NCBI RefSeq assembly: GCF_964204865.1
Contig: NC_135259.1
Span: 8,928,001-8,992,000, forward strand
Length of the DNA stretch: 64,000 nucleotides
DNA from: Styela clava
Lineage: Eukaryota
Direction: 5' to 3'
The translations under genes were made by a program, and so were the position numbers. Below, piece after piece: positions 1-12,810 of this stretch (positions within the stretch are counted from its first letter, which is position 1; the number at the start of each line of letters is the position of its first letter). A model generated the notes under the pieces. That model saw nothing but the letters and a program-made list of their open reading frames with translations. It was not told the DNA's origin and searched no databases.

Positions 1-1480
1 CTAAAATTCAGTAGGATGTCACAAATGGTGTTATGTTTCATTATTGGTTGATATTTTTTTCATTTAAAATAGTTCAACAAAAATTCCGAAAGGCAAAGAC
101 CGACTAGTGGATTTAAGTGAATAACCAAACAAAAATATAATAATTTTTTTAATGAAATCTCTATTCCATACATGTTGTTTTGAATTTTAGTAAAAACGCA
201 CAATAACAAATGTATTTCATTGAATCAACTAATATTTTACATTTCCACATTTCCTTACATTTACTTTGAAACTTTTGAATTAATAAAAAGTGTAGATTTA
301 TACGGTTTATACGGTGACATATATGAAAATTTATCGTAAGATTGATGATTGTTTTAATAAATGGGTAGATTGTGATACCCATGCTAGCTGGAATGGCTAC
401 CCACGTATGAAACTACTGATCAGACACAAAGTAGACCTATAGATTGTTGTTGTTCTGTTGTTGTTAGTATTCTTCATGTTATTGTTATCGTGGTTGTAAA
501 AAAAAAAAATTTTGCTTCTGCTGGACCAATAGCTTTGACATTTTAAGTAATTAAAGATTGTTGATGTTGCTAAAAGGCTATTATTTCTATATCTCTGAAA
601 AAACTTCGTGGGCAGTACGGAACATGTTTTTCACTTTAAATTTTTGTGTGAAATACCGTGCCGTGGTTCCGGGTTCGCATTTCAGAGATCTCGTGGTCAG
701 ATTACCGATAGTGTATATGATTTGATAATACTTCGTTTTAAAACTCGTGCTCATATGTTTGAGCATCGCTTTTTTGATATTTTGAAATTCTTGTTCGTTT
801 GAGTGAGATGGAAAAACTTCATGGTTACACAGATAAAATTACTCGGGTGTTTCATGAGGACCCCAAATTATTTGTCGTATACGACATACTTTATAAATAT
901 CATTGCAGTTTCCACAAAATTTTAACTTCATATTCAGATTGCGGGTGACTCAAGTTTTCACTTTGGGGCCGCAGGCAAAGTGACTTGCAATACTTAAGTC
1001 TCGTTTAGATCAAATGAATATCAATTTAGAAACAGCTTTACTTCGCAATAAATATATATAAAACTTATATTATCTATATAAATAATGCATTAATTTCACT
1101 AGAGTCAGAAATGAAAGTGTTTCGGAAATAAAAAAAAAAAACTTCAGTTTCATTTTTATTCAAAATGTTTTATAAAAAACGTTAGATGAGAGCACCAAGA
1201 TGATGATTGCATAATGACTGATATAGAATTTTGAATTGAAAAATTTAGCAATGGTAAATAAGAATGTCTTACGTATAATCTATTTGTCCCAAATATAAAA
1301 ATGCCCATCAGATTATATATTATGCAGTGATCAGCTGAGATGCTACCGCCGATAGATGAGTTACATAAACAGCAAAAAATTTCAAAAATTTCTGCAACTA
1401 TCTATGTTTTGGCATCTTTGGTTTATTGTGATTTGTTTGCCGGTGAAACTTTATATTATTGTTGTAGTGTTTTCGCAACC

Positions 1481-4447
1481 ATGTCCACTTCCACAGTATT
1501 CTGTTTTTTCTGTTTGACGACGATTTATTCCATCGATGGCCCGATTTGCTATGATTGGGGAGATGAAGTTACGGCCTGCTCTAGAATGAGGCCCAAGATA
1601 TACGACGAGATGACGGAAATCGCCGACAAAGAATATTTCCGTGTTGTACCGAATTCCAAGACTTTTTATCCGGGTGGAAAGTTATATAGTAGGTTCAATA
1701 GTTTTTCAATATTTTTTCTATTCTTTGAAGTTTTTCAAAAATTTTATTTTGCGGTAGAAGCTATTCTAATATGATTTTTTATGGTATACTCGTACTTCAT
1801 CACTAATAGAATTTTTCAATGCATAACAGTTTATTCGCAAATAGCACATGGCTGAAACAATGCCATCTGAGTTTCTTATCAGTGGTATTTGTTGCACTAT
1901 TGAAAAACACCTTTTCTTTGTTCGTCCACACAATAATTTTGTTTTGCAATAGTGCGTATCGCCACATGTAAGCCGAGATTCAGTCAGATACTCCATGAAT
2001 GTATATTTTTAAAAAATTCTATATTAATCTTTATTTTAGTTCGCGTGTTTGGGAAAAGCCAATTCTATAATGGAATCATAATGTCGGTGAGATATACTTT
2101 GCTATATTCAGTCAAATATTATACTTTGCTCATGTTTTTCTGATTTAACGAATAATTTTATGCATATAAACACAAGATGATGTTACCCTATATAGGGAAA
2201 AAGTTTTGAGATTTACAATAATATAAAGCCGAATCATATATCGGGCTAAGTATTCGAACCTTTTTTATTGCCCGTACAAAAATGATCTTCAATATCAACA
2301 AATTGATGATATTCGATTTAGGTTGTTCATACCTCTGGCGAAGGAAAAACTGAAGGTGTTTGGAGAGAATCGCACCAAACTAAATACAGAACATTTGGTT
2401 GCGACGGAATCCCTAATTCGGGAATTGCGGAAGCAAACGACACTAAGCACGCAATGCCGATTGAAGCAGATGTGCTGGTCTGGAAAGCTCCTAACTCGTG
2501 CGATTTCAGCAAACCCTTCTACGATTTGATGTAATGTATTTTATTTTTTTGAAATTGCTTTCAATAAACAACACGAATGTGGTTTTATAACTCCTAATCT
2601 TATTGTCTGAGATCCGTTTTGGGTCATTAACAACAGCTGGTTGATATTGCCTCCTTCCATATTAACACTAAAACATATTTTCAACATATATACAGGGCAA
2701 CTGTCGTCAAATCACACACGGAAATTTTAACTGATTTATCAGTAAAGCTTGAATGCGTTCCAAGACCGACGATTGAACTCGATCTTTCCTGCGGATCCGC
2801 CTTTGCGCAAGATTATACTTTGATGACATCGATGAGTACGTTGGTATATAATATATTTATTTGTGTATGATACAAGAAATGATTGGAAAACATCATTAGC
2901 GTTTGATCATACGGCGACGTCAAATTAGGTGTTACAGTTTACTAACTTTATATTATATGTCCATCAAGTACGACATATCTCTTAATCTCATTTTCCTTTC
3001 CAACACGGGTTGGCATGTATTTTAAATTTATGTCAGTTCTTATAAGGCAACATTTTTATGAGGATCTATACTCGACTGTGATAGCACATCCTTTTGTGGA
3101 ATAGTTATTTTAGAAGAGGCAGATCAAACGTTTGTGCTTTCAAAGCAAACTATTTTTTTTACAATCATATTACAACTGTGCAAAAATTATAGGATCATTT
3201 TACGATAAAAATAATTTGTATGGTTCTTGATGTAGACACATCATTCGAAACTGATTTTGGTGGGTGGTGGAATGATCCGAGCGCAGCATTGAGATGGACG
3301 CGCCTGAGTGGATCGACTCCATCACCGAAAACAGGACCTTCGGCTGCACATGATGGAGGTACAAACGTATTTTATTGTGTTTGGTATGTTGTTTTGTAAA
3401 ATGTCCTAATGTAATGTGAATTCAAAACGTTTTTATTTGTTATAGGCCCCGAAGGCAGCGCCGTCTGCACCTAATTGTTTGAAGTTTCCCACTTGCCCAT
3501 AACTTTCCGTTGAGTTCCATCTGTAGATTTTTACGACTGTTTGGTTATGGTAATGAATAAATCTACATTTCAGTAAACTACGTGTATGCTGAAGCGAGTT
3601 TTCCTGCGGCAAATGGAGAAGTAGCTATTCTAAATAGTCCTCCTGGATTACGCGGATGCTTTTGCATAAGGTAAACTACGTTTATATTCTCAAAGAATAT
3701 TTTTTATTTTGTTCAAACTTTTTGAGTCTGGGGATAAAGATGCAAGTTCTTTAGCCCATAAATGATGACACAGTATGACATTCTCATTTTTTTTTTCAAG
3801 AGCGTGAGCTTAAGTGTGTAAAATTTTTTATATTAAAACAGATTAAAATGTCATATGTGGAGTGGCCCAGGAGTTTACTTTGAAATTCGTGTCAATGGTA
3901 AAGAGACATGGAGGCGTACTTCCTCTGAAGATGCATGGATCAGTGGATGGCAGACTGTGAGCGACTCCGACTATCCCCAGGTATGAACACATCAGTTCAA
4001 TTTTAATTCTTTCCGCGATCGTGATCATAGCACAAAGCTATTTTGAGATTTAATTGCATTTTACGGAGTGGTATTTTCAAAATACAAACTTAAGATTTTG
4101 CAATGAATATGTGATAAATAGAAAAACTGCGATGACTTCAACCAAATTATGAATCATAGAGTAGTTCAACTACTTTGCATAGACGTGTCTTGAAATGCAA
4201 AAATTCTAGTCGCCGGTATTGGTTTAATGTTTCGACAATTTATCACCTGAAATCAAAATAATATGACAAATATTACGACTGAAAAAAATTTCCCGGATAT
4301 TTCATAGATATGCCTTAGTTCTTGAATCATTTCCAGGTGCAATTCATTATGCATCGTGGAACCGACTTCCGTGGTGACATTGCAGTTGACACAATTACCA
4401 TCACTCCAGGAATGTGCTGGGAAGATATGAAGAGTGAAAACAACTGA
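1481..4447 (+). CDS. Secreted Reeler-domain + MAM-domain protein (~357 aa, 8 exons)
   Basis: Exons 1481-1688, 2040-2086, 2322-2530, 2696-2835, 3236-3358, 3574-3670, 3842-3980, 4337-4447, all GT-AG and phase-consistent. Hydrophobic N-terminus MSTSTVFCFFCLTTIYS. Reeler-like motifs FYPGGKLYIRV..FYNGIIM, VWKAP, MATVV. MAM motifs SFETDFGGW, WTRLSGSTPSPKTGPSAAHDG, YVYAEAS, GDIAVDTITITPGMC. Confidence 0.85.
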
Positions 4448-6615
4448 TTCTAAAACTACCACGAATTTTCATAATTTAGAATTTCATTCGATATAGAGTT
4501 ACAAATATTGAACATTATATGTTAAATACCAATTGAATTTCTGAAGAACGGCATCATTGAGTTTTTATTTATTTTATTTCTAAGCATGGTAAACATCATA
4601 ACGTACAGGCATAGAATTATATATTTCATATTTGCTCCAGATGTAAAAAATGAGAAAGGCAATTTGTTCGAAAATACAATAATACGGGCACAATGTCATT
4701 ATTAAATAATAAATTATTGTGGATAGCTATTGGTTTTGATGAAGTTCTCTAGAATTCCATATGATATTAGATTCCCAAAAGAAATCTTTTACTCCGAACT
4801 CCATTTTTCTGCCTACGATATTATTGAGAGCGAATCAGAAAATCCCCCTAAATTTGAAATACTATTGAAAACATTAAAGTTTATATATTTCAACACCCCT
4901 AATCAACAGTAGTACTTAACAAACGACATGTGACAAAATAGGTAATCAAGTAATAATTCCAATTTATCGAGCCACAATAAAACAACCAACACAGGCGATA
5001 AGATTTAGTTACAGTTGTTTGTAAACATCATACTGTATTAGAGAATTCTCGAGGTAGTAAATTTATAACAGCGTGGGCACAGGACTCCGTGTCGTTTGGG
5101 TAATGGGCAGGTATCCAAAAAACGATTGTGGGATTTGAGGCATTGTTTTGAATTAGGGGGGATATCTGATTGATGCGTTCGGAAATATTCGGAATAAGTT
5201 TGAAGATAAAAAGAGTTCACCCATCTCACCCGACGCTGGAAATGGTAAGATATCACCGTGTATCCTATTAGAATATTTCTTTACGCTTAGGATAGTAGAG
5301 AACATTTTGTTATTGAATGAAATGTGAGGTATTTTCATTTATCTGGTAAAGACGTCAAATTTCATGATTAGTTCATTTTTAGAAGATCTTGGTCTTTAAT
5401 TGAAAACATGTAAAAATCCAGCGAACGCGAAAATTTTGATTTTATCTTGTTTGTGGAGTATGGATAAAAATTATTCCTGCTCTCTGAGACAACGCCAAGT
5501 GGAGTATCCACGAATATTGGTTGCCAACTGTCACAACAATTATCGTTCTATTAAGAACGAATCAACTCCCTAAAGAGCAAACCCGACGTCAAAATAAAAA
5601 GAACTCAATGTATAGAAGCAAATTATATCTTGAATAGAAATCCAACAGTTCTTAACCAAACAATATTATTTTATACCTAATGGGAATTCTCTATTTATAC
5701 TTGACTCTGACCTTTTTTAGAAGTCCTCATCAACTTATCCTTCGTATTCAAATGTCGCCGAAAAAATTCTTTTGTTTGAATCGAAGTCTTCTTTAGAGAC
5801 GACCTTCAACAATAAAGAGGATATCGTTTATCGTATGTAATAAAGATTGCAGCATAAACTAATATACATAATTGATTTGTCAGAAGCCATACACTCAACG
5901 CAGTGCTTTGTACCGCCTTATCCGACTTTGTAGCATCAAGATTAATATATACTATAAAGGGATACATACCAAAATAGAATACCACGTGACAGCAAATGTA
6001 CTCTCTTCTATGACACTCAAAATATTTTGTTCAAACTCGGAAATAGTTGATGTCATAACACACCATTTGATATGAATTAAACCGAATTGGAATAAATAAT
6101 GGTCGAAAATGTCGCATTTCTGAATATTTGTGGTCCTTGATGTAAAACTAAACTAAACTCATTTCATCGTTATTTGAGCAAAGCCTTTTCTGTACACAGA
6201 AAAATACACAACCTTTTCGTCAGAGACGGTGTCAACATCAACTTTACGACTTAGCAATGGTGTTCTGAATCCAAAACTGGCATGTGACTTCAGCTTCGCC
6301 GATCGCTCTTCTTCATTTTCCAACTTTGTTGAAAATTTCGACGAAGAGAGTACATACGAAAGAAGGGTGATGACTGGCACGATAAATGTTAAAATTGCAC
6401 GTGAGTCCGATTTACTCTGTATTAGCTCAGTTGGCGAACAAAGAGTCAATGACAATAGTTCGCGTAAATAGAATCCCGTTTGAAAATATGACTACTTTCA
6501 CAAGTGTAGCCACACAAATATATATCGCAGACTAATCCTCTCATTTCTACGAAATATCACGTATATCATTTTAAAAACGGTCGTGATCGGCTAGTGTCGT
6601 TCAATAATTTTGCAG

Positions 6616-9600
6616 GGTCAAATCAGCTGGAGCAGAATAACCGGGCGGCGAGAAATGCGAACGGTTTCGCAGATGCACTTGATGAGTCGTCAGATTCTAG
6701 TCGAGAAGAGGGAGATGATGAAGAAATATCTCTGGACGATGCAAGAAAATATTCTCCGGATACTCGATCCTCAATCGTTTGTAAAATGACAAATCGATCC
6801 CCCAACCGGTCTTCTGGATACGCCCCGTTCTATGAAGATTCGTACAGCAGTACAGATCAGGATGAAGTCGTTCAAGAATCGATGGTTTTTAGAAAAAAGC
6901 ATCAATCTGAAGCGACTCTTCTTCAAAAATATCAAGATCGATTAAATAATAATGAAGACGAGGAAAGAGTGTCGAATTATTCCAATTCACCAGAAGAAAC
7001 TGACGACAACAAGTCTCCAAACGATGACGTCTATGATTCTGATTCAAGCACGGAATTCTTGTATTGCCGAGAAAAATGCGTTCGTCATTTTGGCCCCGAC
7101 AGCATTGATGACACAAACTCTAGCCACAGCGAATCGCTTCACGAGAACCAATTTTCTTCTGACAAAAGCAGTACTAGTTGTACATCTGGATCCGAATCGA
7201 GCATTTGTGCAAATCAGTATGGATCAGTGAAACGGTCATCCAACGCCTTCAGCGACGATGACGACGACCTTCTTCGTTCACGTGAATCTTGCATAAAACG
7301 TTTCCGTAGCAACGAAGGGCTTGCTGTAACGCCACCGGACTCCGACGCAAACCTTGAATACGCCCAATACTTGTCTGGAAGTGACGATTCTCCGCTAGGT
7401 GCGTCATCTTGCACAACGGAATCGACAGTTTACTATGCCTCATCACCAATTGTAGGACAAGAAGCGGAATATGGCAACGTTGGATACCCCCTCGGACAGA
7501 TTGCTAATCTACCTTTGAATTCCGACAATTCTCTAACTCATGCTCATGTTCACGGAGCCCACGCCGACCACCCCACAGCCGGAAAAGACTACGGTGTCGA
7601 AGATGACAACGTATATTACAGATCACCGGAATATCAGGGTAAATTTTTTTTTTACTTGCATGCCTACACGCACCTTATTTTTTTATCATTTGCTTACAGA
7701 AAACCCGCTGTGTTTCAGATACAAAAGATTTTCTGGATCTTTTCCATGATCCAGACACGATACTTCCCTTTCAACTCCATCCTATTCATACTGAAGATAT
7801 GGTTCAATATTACAATTTCATGTGTGAAAAAGAATTGGTGTCGCATCCATCTCATTGTCTTCGCGGACAGCCAAATGTGAGTGCGTATTTGTTGAACGAG
7901 CATTCTAAATCGTGATCAGTGTTACATTGCCCATTTATATTTATCTATAATTTTATATTTCTCTTCCGAGTGGCTACTGCTGTATCTACCTCAGCTTATT
8001 TGAGGATTTTATCTGGACATTGTGCAAATATATGCACCAGTGTATCTTGTATAATTTACATTCTATTATTGTTTTTCCCCTTTATGTCTACAATAGATAA
8101 AGCACAGTATGAGAAGTATACTTGTCGAATGGCTCACCAAAATTTCACACCATTACAAGTTCAACGGTCAGAGTTTACATTTGACCATCAATATTCTTGA
8201 CCGCTATACTGAAAGACAGAAAAGAATTTATCGTGGTCACTATCAGTTGCTTGGAGTTACTAGCTTGTTAGTTGCCACTAAACAGGTTAGTTCACGATTA
8301 TTCTGTACAGTGTGCATTATAAAATATCTGAACTTAAATACTGTTTTGCACGGGAGGGAAAATGTTAGAGCAATGTTTACGGTGATTTGAAATTTTAAAA
8401 TTTGCGTATTCCATATAGTACTACGGAACTTTACAGAGCAGGCGATCGCCATATTATCATATCATATTCATCCCTACTCCTCTCAACTGCTGCCGGGCTT
8501 CGCATCGTTTGGATTAGATAAGATCCAAATTACGCAGTCCTTTCTTTGTTCAATTTCCTATTTCACGCATATACATTCCGCCATGATGCTCTATTGCGAA
8601 TCGTGGTACGTTCGGTGAGAATTAATAAGTTATGTATTGATTTAGTTATATAATTATCAAACATGTTATCGACAAAATGAAAAGATACTTGTAAATTTGC
8701 TAGTCTTGTTTAACAATCATTCAATTCATTTTTATAGCTAGAAGTTGATATTCCACCGGTTACCACCTGCCTTATGCTTTGTCGTAACCTGTATTCAAAA
8801 ACGCAACTTCTTTCGCTCGAGCGTCACCTACTGGATATACTAGAATTTGATCTGAATGTTCCAACCGCTCACTCGTTTTTGGATTACTACGTCATATCGA
8901 GATACGAGCAAAACTCTGACAGACGGCAGATTGGGACATTCGGTGATTGGCAAGCCCAACGTTGCAAGAGTCGACCACCGAGCTACCTAAAGTAATTTTG
9001 AGTAATATTAATAAGTTATGTCCACTGAGTTTGCATTTTAATATCACCAATTGTATCGTTGATGTAATGATATCATTTTTCAGAAAGTTGCTCTGTATTT
9101 CACGATGCCTCTTGGACTATGGACTAGCTGATTACAACTTTTCTCAATTCATACCATCAATAGCGGCAAGGGCCGCTATGACAATTGCGGAGAATATTCT
9201 TGAGGATGCAATATCTTCAACATTTTGGCCACGACCTTACAGATATCTTGACTCGGTTGATTCCAGGTATAAAAGTTTGTTCTATATTATATTAATCCTC
9301 TGTATATTCACAGTAACATCAAAGCGGTTCGGTTGGTTTTTACGTTATTATATGTAATACATTATATTCCTCGAGTAGTTACGAATATTTGTGGGAGTCG
9401 ATTCATATAGTTAGTTATACAGTGAATACGAATTCTCCAGAAAAATTAAATAACGATTGCTGATTCAAATCTAAGTATTCCCGGTAGGTTGGTATTAGAA
9501 ATTTTAGAATTATTTTGGATGTTATGCCATCGTGCATTTTTTCTTGAGATTTATTGATGGCCTGGCGAGGAGTCAAGAGTTTTATCATCGAAGAACATCT

Positions 9601-9780
9601 GCTAAAACCGCCAATGATAGCAGCCAATTATTTTCACGAGGTATCAGCGAGGAAGATTTCACTGAAGAAGGAGACATTCGTGTTTGTGTTGGTGTTCTTC
9701 GTGACGTAGTGGGTGACGACAAAATTGCACACATTCAAGAAACTCTGGATAATGTGGTAAAAAGGTACACATTTGAATAG
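6616..9780 (+). CDS. Cyclin, most similar to cyclin O, with a long acidic Ser/Asp-rich N-terminus (5' end uncertain)
   Basis: Exons 6616-7638, 7719-7876, 8097-8285, 8738-8991, 9084-9266, 9549-9780 are phase-consistent; the last acceptor is an atypical GAG. Cyclin box HPSHCLRGQPNIKHSMRSILVEWL...SLHLTINILDRY...YQLLGVTSLLVATKQLEV...LERHLLDILEFDLNVPTAHSFL, then LADYNFSQFIPS. QLLGVTSLL-x-A-x-KQ-x-EV and LADY match my recollection of cyclin O. First in-exon ATG is at 6786; an upstream exon may exist (donor at 5245). Confidence 0.8.
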
Positions 9781-11645
9781 ACGAATACGTGCTTTAATGG
9801 GCAAATTTAGTCTGATTAGCATGACGAGCATTTTCATTCTTCTGAGCAGAAGTTGTCCTATCAAGTGCTCATCTGCCCAGTGAGTGATTTGGACAACGTG
9901 TTCCTAATATTGTGTGATCACTGTTTTTCGACCCAAGCATTTTGCTGGGCGGTCTTTCGTAGCTATCCGTTCCATCAGTAATGCTACGTATAACTCAAAT
10001 CAATGCTGAGTTAATACACAATATTGATATGGATTAGCATCACTGATGTAGTACTTAACATATTGTGTTATTTAGCTCTATTGTTATAGTTCCTATTAAA
10101 TTATCCCTTATTTTATCAAATTTATGCTTATTTTTACTGCTTCATGCGGGGGTTTAATTATCATACGAATATATGGATTCTTGATCCTATACCCGCTACA
10201 TATATAACGCCTTCTTGAAATATTGGAGTATGAAAGGTGAAAAGGGCTTAGTTTTTTTGAAACTATGATTACATAATTCACATTTTCTAAAATGTAAATG
10301 TTGTCTAGAAGATTACTATTACTGCCTGTGCTTTTTTGTATTGAAGAGCAATTAATTTTTGTTCTGTTCTTGTGGGGTTTTATCTTCATTTTTCAGTAAT
10401 ATTAGTAAAATGAACGAAACGAAGAGGTTAATAACGATAATGTCTTAAGTTAAAAACGATAATGTCTTAATTTAACGATATCAATAACTCAAATTTATAT
10501 TTTTGTATCTTGTTTCCTTTACTTTATTGTTTATTTATTGTATTGTATGAAATTTGTTGAAGAGATATAATGAACGTTGCGACTTCTACGTGGAAAACAC
10601 TGGCGCTATAACATCAACTTTCTGAAATCACCATTGGTTGATGTGAGGTCCTAATTCGCCTATCACTTGACCGTGGTACATTTCTTAGCAAATGAAAATA
10701 TATTGATCATTTTGATTAATTGTGCCGAGCCGACTAATATCGGTTTAGTTTGGCTGTTATCCAATTATTTGTTTAAGTGTAATTGTATGTACTTATGTTC
10801 CATTCACAAATACACATTGTATTGAATTAAGTTGCAAGCTTTTGATACGTGTATACATGGTAGTCCGTATTCAGTAGTCTACATTAGCTGCTAACATTAC
10901 TTGACACCAAATCCAGCCATCATGTTCCCGCCGTGTAATGCTTCAAATCAACCTACAATCTTGCTACAAATGCAAATTTAATTGGGACCAGTAAATTTGT
11001 GTATTACAGAACGGTTTTGTTATCAATATAGGATCTCAAGAGTGAAATCGCGTACGTGATGCTACGACACTATCTGAACAGTCTTACTTGCAACTTTGCA
11101 TTCCTGGTTTCTGATATATTGGGGATGTATCAACTGACCAGAAATAATGTATTTTTGTTGTTTGAGACACCTGAATTCTATCACATTTTTGGTCTTGTAT
11201 GTTGTACCAGGATGTACCAAAGGATATTGTTAATCTTTCCGTGTGCGTTCAGTCATTAAATTTGCCGGAAATCTGTGACCAATGCGGCGGATAAGCGTAT
11301 AGGATAATGGTATAACATCATTTTTATTTGGAAGATTTATTGAAATATCCCAGTAATGTCGCCTTTGTAGAAAATATAGCATCTTAAATATTATTCGCAT
11401 TGATATGCGGAGTGCAAAGATACCATATCAGCCGAGACGAAGCTAGGTTGACTTAACTCTCGTACGTTATATGATTAGGTAATTCGTCCAAGTTACTTGA
11501 TGTGTTGATTTCGACATCTGATTCATCCAATGTGCGAACATCCATGCGGAATGTATGATGTAACATAAACACGAAATTTGCTTTATATAGAGCCGTTCTG
11601 AAATATGTGGAGAATAATTCTTTCGAAAACCTTTCCCGTAACAAA

Positions 11646-12046
11646 ATGTCTTCCACAACGTTGGCAATTGCTGTTGCAATCGTGTGTTGCATAGTCACCA
11701 AAATCTATGCTGCTCCTGTAAGGACTGAAGCAGAGCTCGATGGGTTTCACATAGGTGGTGTAGAAGATGGAAGATTACCCTACGTGCAATTGGTTGCAAT
11801 GGTCCCTCTTGCGTACGACACCCTGGAATCTGATGGTTAGTGTTTTTCTCTTTTATGTCTTTTTGTGACGTTTTTCCAAGCAAGATTCTACAATCAATAA
11901 CTATAATTAGTGTGTGTCTGGAGACAATTTAAAAATTAAACTTTCTGAATTGATGTGATATAATTTTTGCTTTAGGTGAACCTGATCATGATAAGCACCC
12001 GCTTTTATTGAGACATCTCAGAAAATACTTGGCTCAAGCAATATAA
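11646..12046 (+). CDS. Small secreted prepropeptide (86 aa, 2 exons)
   Basis: Exons 11646-11835 and 11976-12046 (phase 1). MSSTTLAIAVAIVCCIVTKIYA signal peptide, then an acidic middle, then a cationic His/Leu-rich C-terminus HDKHPLLLRHLRKYLAQAI*. TATA-like TATATA at ~11584 and AATAAA at ~12128. Confidence 0.75.
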
Positions 12047-12708
12047 TGAAGAAATTTGAAAAGCTTGTTCTACGTGGTCATAAAAGTCAATATTTCATGT
12101 ATTTTGTTATGGATTCTACTGGAAAAAAATAAAATCTGTTTTCAACCAAATGTTTATTTATTGCAATAAGCAATTTTGTGAGGTTAGATTGTCAACAATT
12201 TCAATCAGCATTCATTCGAAGCCATCCGCTGTATAATATCTTAAGAACTCACTATTATATTCTTTTCTCGAAATCGCGGTAGGTGCATAGGGTAGGCAAT
12301 AAGTATACAATAATATTAGACAAAATATATGATCTCTTAGCATTTTGCAGCAGAAACAGTAAAGAATAGAGATGGGAAGGGAAAATTTTAAACATCGGAT
12401 CATGGATACGACGCATTCGCAATTCGAATTCTCTATTCGATCAGAATTCTCTATTCTTTTTCTCGCTACAAGCAAATCAAAGAGTATGGGAACACCGTTC
12501 TAAAGCACAATAAACTTGTCCATCGGGACAAGATTGTAGAAATTGTAAAGCATAAACCTTTGTCAATTACACTGGGATCTATATCAATTTTAGTAGTATA
12601 ATCTTCCTACAATAAAAACTAAGAAAACAAGACCATCGTTAAGTAATGATTAACTTTTCGACTTTGGAAAAACTGTTATCCCAGTACTTCCAAAACAAGA
12701 AAAATATA

Positions 12709-12810
12709 ATGATATCAAGATATGTTCCTATAGTCTGTACCATTGTAGTTTGTTGTGTAGTAAGAACAATTTGGGAGCATTGATGTAATAGCAAGAAGAT
12801 GGTTGGCAAG
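12709..12810 (+). pseudogene. Possible decayed paralogue of the 11646 signal-peptide exon
   Basis: MISRYVPIVCTIVVCCVVRTIWEH* resembles MSSTTLAIAVAIVCCIVTKIY. A nearby gaagatgg echoes the VEDG codons. Early stop at 12781-12783. Confidence 0.3.

Noticed and set aside
10431-10480. Short tandem duplications (aacgataatgtcttaa here; similar at ~12426-12456 and ~25073-25143)
   Set aside because: Two to three short copies consistent with replication slippage, with no further structure.
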